DNA of 64,000 nucleotides from Torpedo marmorata (Eukaryota): assembly GCA_977017645.1 (NCBI GenBank), contig CDRNVU010001290.1, positions 248,001-312,000 on the forward strand, in the 5' to 3' direction. The position numbers and the translations under genes were made by a program. A model generated the notes under the pieces. That model was not told the DNA's origin and made no database searches. It saw nothing but the letters and a program-made list of their open reading frames with translations. Below are positions 50,406-62,150 of the stretch, one piece after another; position 1 is the stretch's first letter, and each line of letters starts with the position of its first letter.

Positions 50406-51420
50406 GACATCCACTTCCAAAATCCATCTCACTGTAGGCCATGTGCAAAGCTTTTCTGCCTTTGCATCTCTTCAAATACAACTTAATCAATTTCACCAGA
50501 CAACATTTTCCAAGCTCAAATCCATGCTGCATCTTTTGAATCAGTCTCTGCCTGTCGAAATACTGTTTGCTCCAGTCGCTTACAATCTCCTCGAGAAACA
50601 TTGCCACCACTGATTTTAAGTACGGAAAGGTGGTTTTGGCCTCCATTTTAAAAGAAGTTACAACATTCCAAGCGCTACGATTTTGCGAGGTTAACCAGTC
50701 GCGGGCGATAATGCAAGTATCTCATGGCATATCTTCACCAGGCTCCCAAAATTTCCGAGGATGAATTCGATCAATCCGTGGAAATTCTTTATGGTTTATG
50801 TATTTCAATACTGCCAGATTCACCTGATTTCAAATGGTACAGCGACACATTTAGACCATGTTAAATTACACGGGTTATATGACCTTGTGCACGGAAAATA
50901 TCGGTGAGTCATGTACAACGCACACCTACATATTCTCTGGACATGGACGACCACGTTCATTCTTCATGACATCCCTTCATTCCTCAATTAACATTTTGCT
51001 GTTAATACACTTGCAGATGATTTCAGGAATTCCCTTCATTTTTTTGCTGAAAAGGCTATTTCATGTCTTCTTCCTTCCTGATTTCTCATTTCAACATACT
51101 CCTTTATGCCTGACACACAGAAACAGTTTATCTTGATACAAACCACCTGTACCTGACATACCCTTCTTCTTTTCACTGACCTGAGCATTACTATTCCTTA
51201 TTTAACAGGGTTGCTCTTCACTCTGACATCAACGTCCTGGAACCACTGAACCACATAACACTACAGCACAGAAACAGTCCCCGTCGGCCCTTCTAGTCGG
51301 TGCCGAACCATTTTTGTGCCTAGTCCCACTGACCTACATCCAGCCCATATCCCTCCACACTTTTCCCATCCATGTACCTGTCAATATTATTATTAAATGT
51401 TAAAACTGAGCCCGTCTTTA
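50405..51420 (-). mobile_element. Fragmented CR1 pieces and a short CR1 3' end (51240-51420)
   Basis: QKMQHGFELGKCCLVKL; CR1 3' terminus actacagcacagaaacag...ggcccttctagtc. Confidence 0.65.
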
Positions 51421-51606
51421 ACACTGTGTGAGGATTTAACATGAATTTGACATGGAGCTTGGTCACATTTCTGAATGGTGAGAATTGCACCACAGCTGCT
51501 TTCTGCTCATCTGATGATTTTGCTTTTTATCCTTGACTCAAAAACCAGAATGAATCACATGCAACTGTATCTATTTCTGACAAAAAGGATCAGGTTGTTT
51601 TATTCT

Positions 51607-54600
51607 TAGAACCATAGAATATTACAGCATAGAATCAGGCCCTTCGGCCCTTCATGTCCGTGCCGGACTATTATTCTCTCTTGTCCCACTGACCCGCACA
51701 CCGATCATAGCCCTCCATACCTCTCCCATCCATGTACCTGTCCAAATTCTTCTTAGATGTTAAAATTAAGCCCGCATTAACCACCTCATCTGGCAGCTGG
51801 TTCCACACTCCCACCTCTCACTGTGTGAAGAAGTTCCCCCTCACGTTCCCCCAAATCATTAACCACCTCATCTGGCAGCTGGTTCCACACTCCCACCACT
51901 CACTGTGTGAAGAAGTTCCCCCCCACGTTCCCCCAAATCATTAACCACCTCATCTGGCAGCTGGTTCCACACTCCCACCTCTCACTGTGTGAAGAAGTTC
52001 CCCCTCACGTTCCCCCAAATCATTAACCACCTCATCTGGCAGCTGGTTCCACACTCCCACCACTCACTGTGTGAAGAAGTTCCCCCTCACGTTCCCCCAA
52101 ATCATTCACCACCTCATCTGGCAGCTGGTTCCACACTCCCACCACTCACTGTGTGAAGACGTTCCCCCTCACGTTCCCCCAAATCATTCACCACCTCATC
52201 TGGCAGCTGGTTCCACACTCCCACCACTCACTGTGTGAAGACGTTCCCCCTCACGTTCCCCCAAATCATTCACCACCACATCTGGCAGCTGGTTCCACAC
52301 TCCCACCACTCACTGTGTGAAGAAGTTCCCCCTCACGTTCCCCCAAATCATTAACCACCTCATCTGGCAGCTGGTTCCACACTCCCACCACTCACTGTGT
52401 GAAGAAGTTCCCCCTCACGTTCCCCCAAATCATTAACCACCTCATCTGGCAGCTGGTTCCACACTCCCACCTCTCACTGTGTGAAGAAGTTCCCCCTCAC
52501 GTTCCCCCAAATCATTAACCACCTCATCTGGCAGCTGGTTCCACACTCCCACCACTCACTGTGTGAAGAAGTTCCCCCTCACGTTCCACCAAATCATTAA
52601 CCACCTCATCTGGCAGCTGGTTCCACACTCCCACCAGTCACTGTGTGAAGAAGTTCCCCCTCACGTTCCCCCAAATCATTAACCACCTCATCTGGCAGCT
52701 GGTTCCACACTCCCACCACTCACTGTGTGAAGAAGTTCCCCCTCACGTTCCCCCAAATCATTAACCACCTCATCTGGCAGCTGGTTCCACACTCCCACCA
52801 CTCACTGTGTGAAGAGGTTCCCCCTCACGTTCCCCCAAATCATTAACCACCCCATCTGGCAGCTGGTTCCACACTCCCACCACTCACTGTGTGAAGAAGT
52901 TCCCCCTCACGTTCCCCCAAATCATTAACCACCTCATCTGGCAGCTGGTTCCACACTCCCACCACTCACTGTGTGAAGACGTTCCCCCTCACGTTCCCCC
53001 AAATCATTAACCACCTCATCTGGCAGCTGGTTCCACACTCCCACCACTCACTGTGTGAAGAAGTTCCCCCTCACGTTCCCCCAAATCATTAACCACCTCA
53101 TCTGGCAGCTGGTTCCACACTCCCACCACTCACTGTGTGAAGAAGTTCCCCCTCACGTTCCCCCAAATCATTAACCACCTCATCTGGCAGCTGGTTCCAC
53201 ACTCCCACCACTCACTGTGTGAAGAAGTTCCCCCTCACGTTCCCCCAAATCATTAACCACCCCATCTGGCAGCTGGTTCCACACTCCCACCACTCACTGT
53301 GTGAAGAAGTTCCCCCTCACGTTCCCCCAAATCATTAACCACCTCATCTGGCAGCTGGTTCCACACTCCCACCACTCACTGTGTGAAGAAGTTCCCCCTC
53401 ACGTTCCCCCAAATCATTAACCACCTCATCTGGCAGCTGGTTCCACACTCCCACCTCTCACTGTGTGAAGAAGTTCCCCCTCACGTTCTCCCAAATCATT
53501 CACCACCACATCTGGCAGCTGGTTCCACACTCCCACCACTCACTGTGTGAAGAAGTTCCCCCTCACGTTCCCCCAAATCATTAACCACCTCATCTGGCAG
53601 CTGGTTCCACACTCCCACCACTCACTGTGTGAAGAAGTTCCCCCTCACGTTCCCCCAAATCATTAACCACCTCATCTGGCAGCTGGTTCCACACTCCCAC
53701 CACTCATTGTGTGAAGAAGTTCCCCCTCACGTTCCCCCAAATCATTCACCACCTCATCTGGCAGCTGGTTCCACACTCCCACCTCTCACTGTGTGAAGAA
53801 GTTCCCCCTCACGTTCCCCCAAATCATTCACCACCTCATCTGGCAGCTGGTTCCACACTCCCACCTCTCACTGTGTGAAGAAGTTCCCCCTCACGTTCCC
53901 CCAAATCATTCACCACCACATCTGGCAGCTGGTTCCACACTCCCACCACTCACTGTGTGAAGAAGTTCCCCCTCACGTTCCCCCAAATCATTAACCACCT
54001 CATCTGGCAGCTGGTTCCACACTCCCACCACTCACTGTGTGAAGAAGTTCCCCCTCACGTTCCCCCAAATCATTCACCACCTCATCTGGCAGCTGGTTCC
54101 ACACTCCCACCACTCACTGTGTGAAGAAGTTCCCCCTCACGTTCCCCCAAATCATTCACCACCTCATCTGGCAGCTGGTTCCACACTCCCACCACTCACT
54201 GTGTGAAGAAGTTCCCCCTCACGTTCCCCCAAATCATTCACCACCTCATCTGGCAGCTGGTTCCACACTCCCACTACTCACTGTGTGAAGAAGTTCCCCC
54301 TCACGTTCCCCCAAATCATTCACCACCACATCTGGCAGCTGGTTCCACACTCCCACCACTCACTGTGTGAAGAAGTTCCCCCTCACGTTCCCCCAAATCA
54401 TTCACCACCACATCTGGCAGCTGGTTCCACACTCCCACCACTCACTGTGTGAAGAAGTTCCCCCTCACGTTCCCCCAAATCATTAACCACCTCATCTGGC
54501 AGCTGGTTCCACACTCCCACCACTCACTGTGTGAAGAGGTTCCCCCTCACGTTCCCCCAAATCATTTCCCCTTTCACTCTTACCCCATGTCCAGGTTTCT

Positions 54601-54615
54601 ATCTCACCTCCCCTG
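51607..54615 (-). mobile_element. CR1 3' fragment hosting an expanded minisatellite
   Basis: CR1 terminus at 51607-51778 and its continuation after 54566 are collinear with the CR1 at 30100-30400. Confidence 0.88.
51779..54566. repeat. Minisatellite, 34 x 82 bp
   Basis: Unit AACCACCTCATCTGGCAGCTGGTTCCACACTCCCACCACTCACTGTGTGAAGAAGTTCCCCCTCACGTTCCCCCAAATCATT; starts at 51779, 51861, 51943 ... 54485 with exact period. Confidence 0.97.
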
Positions 54616-55115
54616 TTGTTGAATTGTCTCTCGCTCGTGTCTGCAGTTTCCATTTACATTCGCTGGTCCGTTACCAAAAAAACTCCACAAGTTCCCGCCT
54701 CACGCCTTCCAATTACTTTCTCGCATTTAAAAAAAAAAGATTTACCGCCGAGCCCAATAAATGTACTGGTCACCGACCAGGTGAATTGGTAATACATAGC
54801 TTGGATGGTTAGACTCACGTGGATGATTCATGGTTAACGTAGGTGCATATCACTGTCAGGTTAGAGAAGTGGATGAGGATCCATTCTGCATGGAGGCCTG
54901 CATTATAAATGTGGCAGGATGACGTGCTACACTGGACAATGACGATGTTGCTCGATGGACACTTTTAGGTGTATTTTATACATTGTGGGCTGGTGGTCAG
55001 GAAAATCCCCTGAGCATTATCCTATCGCGTACCGTATTTTATATATAAACTATTTTAGTGATATTCTGTCATATTTTAAGTCGAGTAGTACATTGCCCAG
55101 GAAGAGAGTTATTTA

Positions 55116-55318
55116 AAGTGACCTCCACAATGTTTGGGACAAAGACACCTTCTACCTTTATTTGCCCCTGTGCTCCACAGTTTCACATTTGTAATCAAAC
55201 AATGCACAAGTAATTAATGTGCACATTCCAGATTTTATTCAAGGCTATTTGTATACAAGTTTGTTTGACAATGTATAAATTACATCATTCTTTATACATG
55301 GTCCCCTCATTTCAGGGA
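55116..55318 (+). mobile_element. Tc1/mariner terminal inverted-repeat fragment
   Basis: TA followed by (c/a)agtgacctccacaatgtttgggaca...tcccctcatttcaggg, recognised as resembling Tc1-type ends of fish elements; no partner end or transposase seen. Confidence 0.6.
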
Positions 55319-55329
55319 TGTCGGGGGAC

Positions 55330-55860
55330 AGGTACAGAGAACCTTCAAAATGACGTTACAGGTGGAGAGCTTGGTAAAAAAGTATATCGTCACACTGGTC
55401 TTCATCAGTCAGATTATTGCGTAGAGAAGTTCGGGGGTCATGTTTAAGAATCCTTCATTGTCATTTATTATTACAGAACATGTTATATTAAACGGAATTG
55501 GCTTCTTAGATAAGACATTAGCGAGGCTCCATTTGTACTATTGAGTTCAGTTTTGGTCACTCTGTTGTGGGAATGTTGTCGTGAAGCTTGAGAGAGCTCA
55601 GAGAACATTTACGAGAATGTTGCCATGACCCGGGGGCCTGAGCTATCGGGAGAGGTTGAGCAGATTGGGGCCTTATTCATTGGAGCGCAGGGGGATGAGG
55701 TTTTATCTCATAGAGGTGAACAGAGGAATAGATCCGCTAAACGCACAGAGTAGGGGAATCGCTATCAAGTCGACGTAGCTTTAATGTCGGAGGGGAGGGT
55801 TAGATTTCATGGGAACGTGAAACGTAACGTTTTATGCAGAGGCTTCTGGGAACAGGAAAA
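55330..55860 (+). mobile_element. Degenerate CR1 3' fragment
   Basis: VQFWS, LERAQRTFTRML, GLSYRERLSRLG and ERRGMR remnants. Confidence 0.75.
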
Positions 55861-56051
55861 CGGGGAGTGAGGGGATGACGATAATTAAGAGACTATTGCA
55901 GTTGTCTCTGCATGTGTTGTCTGGAAGTGTGTTTAATGTTATTTCAAAGAGGACCGGTGAACGATATTACGTCGGCTGTACTTGTACAATCGGATGATAA
56001 TGAACTTTAACTTCCAAAAATAATACTAGTCTTGATTTCGTAAATATAAGC

Positions 56052-56429
56052 AAGGGGTGGGCAACATTGTTTCAAAAACTCACATTCCATCTCAAGTATT
56101 CCCTACGCTTTAAGTTCTCTGTTATTGGTATGAGATTGCTTAAGGTGGTACGTGAGTGGAAAGGGAAAGTTTAGAACCACTTCTCTGGACCCAATTATTA
56201 CTGAAATATTATGCTTGAGAAATATTGTCATTGGCCCATTTCATTTGGAGTTATAAAACCGTGCATTTAACGACTCAATTAGGGTACGATTAAAATTGTG
56301 GATTTCAAACGTTTTCTTTCCATTCTCGTACCACCTGAAGCCAATCCCTTACTAATCACAAAGAACATATGGCATAGGGAATACGTAAGGTGGAATGTGA
56401 GTTTTAAAAATAAAGGTTGCCCACCACTG
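56052..56429. mobile_element. hAT-type (Charlie-like) MITE with about 130-bp inverted arms
   Basis: Ends (a)AGGGGTGGGCAAC and GTTGCCCACCACTG; arms 56052-56181 and about 56296-56429 are reverse complements; flanks ATATAAGC / ATCTAACC (6/8) fit a decayed 8-bp TSD. Confidence 0.75.
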
Positions 56430-56799
56430 ATCTAACCAGTCCCTATCATAATGTTCGGACACACAGGTGGAGAAAATTATGCTTTGAGCGAACGGTCTGG
56501 GCGGAAGTGTGTTCGGCACCAGCGATTGTGAAAATAAATGGAATTGGGTAGAGCCTATTTATAACCTTATCGATGAAGGACACCTTATCACTATTTGGGC
56601 TGGGGTTCGCAGGGAAGGAACTATCGAGCTAGTGTGGACCAGAAGGGAGGACAATTTCACTGCTTCTAGTGGTTCCTACCGTATATCCTCGTGTGATAGT
56701 GCAGTCTTTTCACCAATGTTTCGGATCAAATTTGGGGTGGACTTTTACACCGACCATACGTTTGACCTCGGTAAGTACCTGCGTCGTGCAAGAGTTCGG

Positions 56800-57270
56800 A
56801 GCTCGGATGGCCGCGATCGGGTTGGAAGTCGGCGTTTAGGGCGCCGGGAGCTCGAATGGGAGCAGAGGTGAGAGGCTGTGGCCGGGGAGTCGGGAGTTCT
56901 GGTGTTAGGGCGGCCGGGGCGATGGTCTGCGGTCGGGCTGTCGGGGGCTCTGGTCTTCGGGCAGCTCGGCGAGGGTATGCCATCGGGGCGTCTGGAGCAA
57001 GATGGGTGGAAGGCCAAGGCGGGTATCCGCGTTCGGGGTGTCGGGATCTCTGATGGGTGGGCATCCGGGGCGATGGTCCGCCTAAGGGACGACGTGACCT
57101 CAGATGGGTGGGCTTCCGCGTCAATTATCCACGGTCGGGCCGTCGGGAGATCCGATGGGCGGGCGGGCGGTGGTCTGCGTTCGGTGCGTCAGGTACTCGG
57201 ATGGGGCGGGCGGCCGAGGCGAGGATCGCGGTCGGGGAGGTGGAAGCTCGGATGAGCGGGCGGTCGGTGC
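56800..57270. repeat. Cryptic CpG-rich degenerate tandem repeat, period about 51 bp
   Basis: GATGGG/GATGAG at 57001, 57052, 57103, 57154, 57200 and 57251, most followed by ...CCGCGGTCGGG-like and GTCGGGA-like motifs. Confidence 0.75.
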
Positions 57271-57277
57271 CAAACAT

Positions 57278-58010
57278 TTCAACACGCCCCAGATCCCTGA
57301 CATTCACTGTGTCAGTACAACCCACGCCAGATCTCCTCAGTTCAACACGCCCCAGATCCCTGACATTCACTGTGTCAGTACAACCCACGCCAGATCTCCT
57401 ATGTTCAACACGCCCCAGATCCCTGCCATTCACTGTGTCAGTACAACCCACGCCAGATCTCCTAAGTTCAACACGCCCCAGATCCCTGACATTCACTGTG
57501 TCAGTACAACCCACGCCAGATCTCCTAAGTTCAACACGCCCCAGATCCCTACCATTCACTGTGTCAGTACAACCCACGCCAGATCTCCTCAGTTCAACAC
57601 GCCCCAGATCCCGACCATTCACTGTGTCAGTACAACCCACGCCAGATCTTTTCAGTTCAACACGCCCCAGATCCCGACCATTCACTGTGTCAGTACAACC
57701 CACGCCAGATCTCCTAAATTCAACACGCCCCAGATCCCTACCATTCACTGTGTCAGTACAACCCACGCCAGATCTCCTCAGTTCAACACGCCCCAGATCC
57801 CGACCATTCACTGTGTCAGTACAACCCACGCCAGATCTCGTAAGTTCAACACGCCCCAGATCCCTACCATTCACTGTGTCAGTACAACCCACGCCAGATC
57901 TCCTAAATTCAACACGCCCCAGATCCCTACCATTCACTGTGTCAGTACAACCCACGGCAGATCCCTACCATTCACTGTGTCAGTACAACCCACGCCAGAT
58001 CTCCTAAGTT
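57278..58010. repeat. Minisatellite, about 11.6 x 63 bp
   Basis: Unit TTCAACACGCCCCAGATCCCTACCATTCACTGTGTCAGTACAACCCACGCCAGATCTCCTAAG; starts at 57278, 57341 ... 57908, then one shortened unit. Confidence 0.97.
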
Positions 58011-59930
58011 CCTTAAAAGAGAATATAGAGAGTTAGGTAGGGAGTTGAGAAGCAGGACCTCAAACGTAGTAATCTCTGGATTACTACGTGTGCCAAGAGA
58101 CAGTGAGTACAGGAATAGATTGAGGTGGAAATTAAATGCGTGGCTGAGAGATTGGAGTAGGGGCCAGGGGTTCAGATTTCTGGACCATTGGGACATCTTT
58201 TGGGGAAGGTGGGACCTGTAAAAAAAGGAAGGGGTTTCACTTGAATCCAAGGGGGACCAATATCCTGGCGGGAAGGTTTGTTAAGACTACTGGGGAGAGT
58301 TCAAACTAGAAAGGTTGGGGGGTGGGGACCAGATTGTTGAGGAAGAGAGTGGACGTCAAATAGTGGAAGATAGGCAGGTGATAGAGAAAGGACGCGCTCA
58401 GAAGGGGGGTTTGAGATGTATCTATTTTAATGCCAGGAGCATTGTGAACAAAGCGGATGATCTAATATCGTGGATTAATACTTGGGACTATGATGTGGTG
58501 GCCATTACAGAGACTTGGATTGTTCAAGGACAGGAGTAACGATAGCCCAGGAAATTATAGACTGGTAAGTCTTAATTCGGTGGTTGGAAAATTGTTGGAG
58601 TGGATCTTGAGAGACAGGATTTATGAGAATTTAGAGACTTATAATAGGATTAGGAATAGTCAACGTGGCTTTGCTAAGGCCAGGTCGTGCCTTACTAACC
58701 TGATTGATTTTTTTGAAGATGTGACTAAACTGACGAAGAAGGTGCAGATGATGTCGTGTATATATATTTCAGCAAAGCATTTGATAAGGTACCACATGCA
58801 AGGCTAATTGAGAAGGTAAGGAGGCATGGGATCCATGGGGATGTTGCTTTGTGGTTCCAGAACTGGCTTGGCAACAGAAGTCAAAGAGTGGTAGTGGATG
58901 GGTCATAGTCTTCATGGAGGTCCGTGACTTGTGGTGTTCCTCAGGGATATTTCCTGGGACCTCTACTATTCGTGATTTTTATAGATGACTTGGATGAGGA
59001 AGTGGAGGGATGGGTTAGCACATTTTCTGACGACACTAAAGCTGGGGGAGTTGTTGATAATGTGGAGGGCTGTCAGAAGGTACAGAGGGATATTGATAGA
59101 ATGCAAAACTGGGCTGAGAAGTGGCAGATGGAGTTTAACCCGGACAAGTGTGAAGTGGTTCATTTTCGTAGGTCAAATATGATGGCAGAATATAGTATTA
59201 ATGATAAGACTATTGGCAGCGTGGAAGGTCAAAGGGATCTTGGTGTTAAAGTACATAGAAAACACACACCAACTGCACAGGTTGAGTCAGTGGTTAAGAA
59301 GGCATACGGCGTATTGGCCTTTATAAGTCGAGGAATTGAATTTAGGAGTTGAGAGGTAATGTTGCAAATGTATGGGACGTGGGCCAGACCTATATTGGAG
59401 AATTGTGTGCAGTTCTGGTTGCCTAACTACAGGAAGGATGTGGAGGCATTAGAAAGGGTGCAGAGATTTACTAGGATGTTGCCTGGTTTAGGGAGCATGC
59501 CCTATGAAAACAGCTTGAGTGAACTAGGCCTTTTCTCCTTGGAACGAAGGATGATGAGAGGGGACATGATCGAGGTGTTTAAGATGATAAGGGGGCTTTG
59601 ATCGTGCAGACAGTCAGAGGCTTTTTCCCAGGGCCGAAATGGTTGCTACAAGGAGACACAGGTTTAAGGTGTTGGGAGGAAGGTATAGAGGAAATGTCAG
59701 AGGTACGTTTTTTACGCAGAGAGAGGTGGGTGCGTGGAATGAGTTGCCAGCAACGGTGGTGGAGGCGGATTCTATAGGGACTTTTCAGAGACTTTTGGAT
59801 AGGTACATGGAGCTCAGAAATATAGAGGGATAGAAGTAAGTCGATCAATTCCTAGAGTAGTGACATGTTCGGCACAACTTTGTGGGCCGAAGTGCCTGTA
59901 TTGTGCTGTCGGTTTTCTATGATTCCATGA
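58011..59930 (+). mobile_element. CR1 LINE (ORF1 esterase C-half, endonuclease start, internal deletion, RT, 3' tail)
   Basis: REYRELGRELRSRTSNVVISGLL, LRCIYFNARSI, AITETW joined directly to PGNYRLVSL, GVPQG, FSDDTK, FFTQREV; tail ttctatgattccatga. Confidence 0.93.
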
Positions 59931-60621
59931 TCTCCCATTTCTCTGTATTGAATTCCATAGACGTGTGGACTGCTGGTTAATACGCCCTATGTTCCTTGTT
60001 CAGCAGTTCCTCAGGTCGACGATGGCAATTTAATTCCTCCGCCGATATTATCGAACGGATCCGGTCCTGTTTTGTTCTCCTGTTCCCACCGCCCAGCGGC
60101 TGACGTTGAAAGCGTTCAGTGGACATTTACCGGCTTCACAGATTCCACACAGAGGAGAATTTGTACAATGTATAAAAATACTCGGGGTAACTCCGCAAAA
60201 TTCCCACTGGCCGATGCTGATGGTTTCATGAAGGGGAATTACTCCCCTTACCTGGTTCCATCAGTGAAATATGCTGCACGTTACACATGTTTTCTCTGCA
60301 GCGCAAAGGGGAGCAAGAGAATAGAGACTATATATTTGATAATCACTGGTATGTGACTACAATCAATTTATATGTAAACCCAGATTGAACAACAAAACGT
60401 AAAACTGATTCGCTAAATTGTAGAATCTCGTAATCGCTTCATCGCTGCCCTGAAACAAAGTCAGTTCTATTTTTGGAGGGATTTGTTTGTGCTGGTAACA
60501 GCTTTCCGATTAATGTCACAAAGCAATCATTTACTTTCCCTATAACAAATTTACAGGATAATCTCAACATCCATAGATCGATATGGGTTTCGCAGACTTT
60601 TACAAAGGTGTCATAGTGGGT

Positions 60622-60883
60622 TTTAATTTTTTTAATTTATATTTAAATTTAGGCATACTGCACGGTCACAGGACCTTTGACCCACTAGCACGTGTCGCCC
60701 AATTACACCCAATTGACCAACAGCCCCGGTACATTTTGAACGGTGGGAGGAGACCGGAACATCCGGATGCAACCTACCCAGACACGGGGAGAATGAACAA
60801 ACTGCTTACAGGCAGCGCCAGATTTGAACCCCGGTCGCTGGCGCTGTAACAACATTGCGCAAACCGCTACGCTAACCGTGCCG
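60622..60883 (-). mobile_element. V-SINE (HE1-like)
   Basis: gcggcacggttagcgtagcgg head, ggttcaaatc B box, V-domain TTCTCCCCGTGTCTGGGT and an AT-rich tail. Confidence 0.85.
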
Positions 60884-61389
60884 CAGGGTGGGGTACATTT
60901 TGAGGGATATTGCGGAGACGTATTATTCAGCAAATGCCGCCGGGATGCATTTTTTGTTGACCTTAGGTTCGTCTTATGGAGGACGGTGTAGGCTTAGAAT
61001 TAAGAGCGCATAACCAAAGCATCGCCTGCGATATAAGGGATTTATAAAGCAGCTTGATAATAGCCCGTCAGGACACAGGCGCCTCACACATCTCTGTGCT
61101 GGCTCATAGACCTCATAATTTCCACGACGATTACAGCCGCACAAATTCTCCCTAACACCGGGTCCTGGAACGAATCTTCAATTTATAATGCATTGCCAAA
61201 AATACTAAGACGCAATGACAGAGGTTATTTTGCGAGCAGACCAGTTCAATCTTTCGTATATACTACGGCAAACAACACAAGGTACCGGATGTTACGGATT
61301 AAAGGCAGCATAATTTTTCAATCACGATGTTCATTCAGGAGTCCGATGTCGACGGGAAGAACACTTCCTCGATCGGGTAGTGCGTGATC

Positions 61390-61770
61390 TCTCGCTCTTG
61401 AACCGTTTTTCCCTGGCGAAAGGAGTGAACAGTGTGTGGCCGGGACAGGATGTGCATTTATATATGTTGGTTGTTTTTCAGAGGCAGCAGGAGTCAGTGG
61501 AGGGTCCAGGGTACGTGAGATGTTCTGAGCCTCTGCAGTGTATTTCAGGAACTGAGCGAAGCCGCCTCCATCCCGCGCATTGATGGAGTCTGAGAGGACG
61601 TTCATGCGAGTTGTAAAGGTATGCGGTGATATGCCAAATGTCCTCTGGCATCTGAGGATGTGAAGGCACTGGTGCGCTGTTATAGCCATTGCTGGTGGGA
61701 CGGGACGAGTCACTGGAGACGTTTCAATCTCAGAACCTAAAGCTCTCTACTGGTTACATCTCAGTGCGGC
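61390..61770 (-). mobile_element. Degenerate Rex1/Babar-type 3' fragment
   Basis: AHQCLHILRCQRTFGISP resembles ARQRLYF..RRFGMSP; downstream DPxHP.HxLFxLL-like segment. Confidence 0.65.
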
Positions 61771-61774
61771 CGAT

Positions 61775-62150
61775 TGAACATAGAACAGAGAACATTACAG
61801 CTCGGTAAAAGCCCTTCGGCCCAGGATGATGTGCCGAACTATTTAAATAAAAAAACTAAACCCTCCCAAACTCATATCTCTCTATTTTTATTTCATACAT
61901 GTTCCTGTCTAAGAGTCTCTTAAGTGTCTCTAATATTCCAGCCTCCACACTCACCCCCGGGAACACATTCCAGGCCCCCTCAATTCTCTGTGTAAAAACA
62001 TCCCCCTGATGTTCCCCATGAACCTTCCTCCCTTCACTTTGTACAGATGTCCTCTGGTGTTTGTTACTCCCATCCTGGAAATAAAGGTGCTGGATGTCCA
62101 CCCCTATCTATGCAACCCATAATATTTTAAACCTCTATTAAGGTACCTCT
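61775..62150 (-). mobile_element. CR1 3' fragment
   Basis: FTQRIEGAWNVFP...LKRLLDR and tail gaacatagaacagagaaca. Confidence 0.82.

Noticed and set aside
49630-50613. Pro/Ser-rich 327-aa and 269-aa ORFs
   Set aside because: Products of C/T low complexity plus an N gap; stop codons are compositionally rare there.
51779-54566. CRISPR-like array (82-bp period)
   Set aside because: Units are contiguous and near-identical with no unique spacers, derive from CR1 sequence, and there are no cas genes; the context is eukaryotic.
57057-58036. 316/310/276-aa ORFs as a real repeat protein or a CRISPR array
   Set aside because: The ORFs arise because a stop-free 63-bp unit is a multiple of 3; three frames are equally open, there are no spacers and no gene structure was found.
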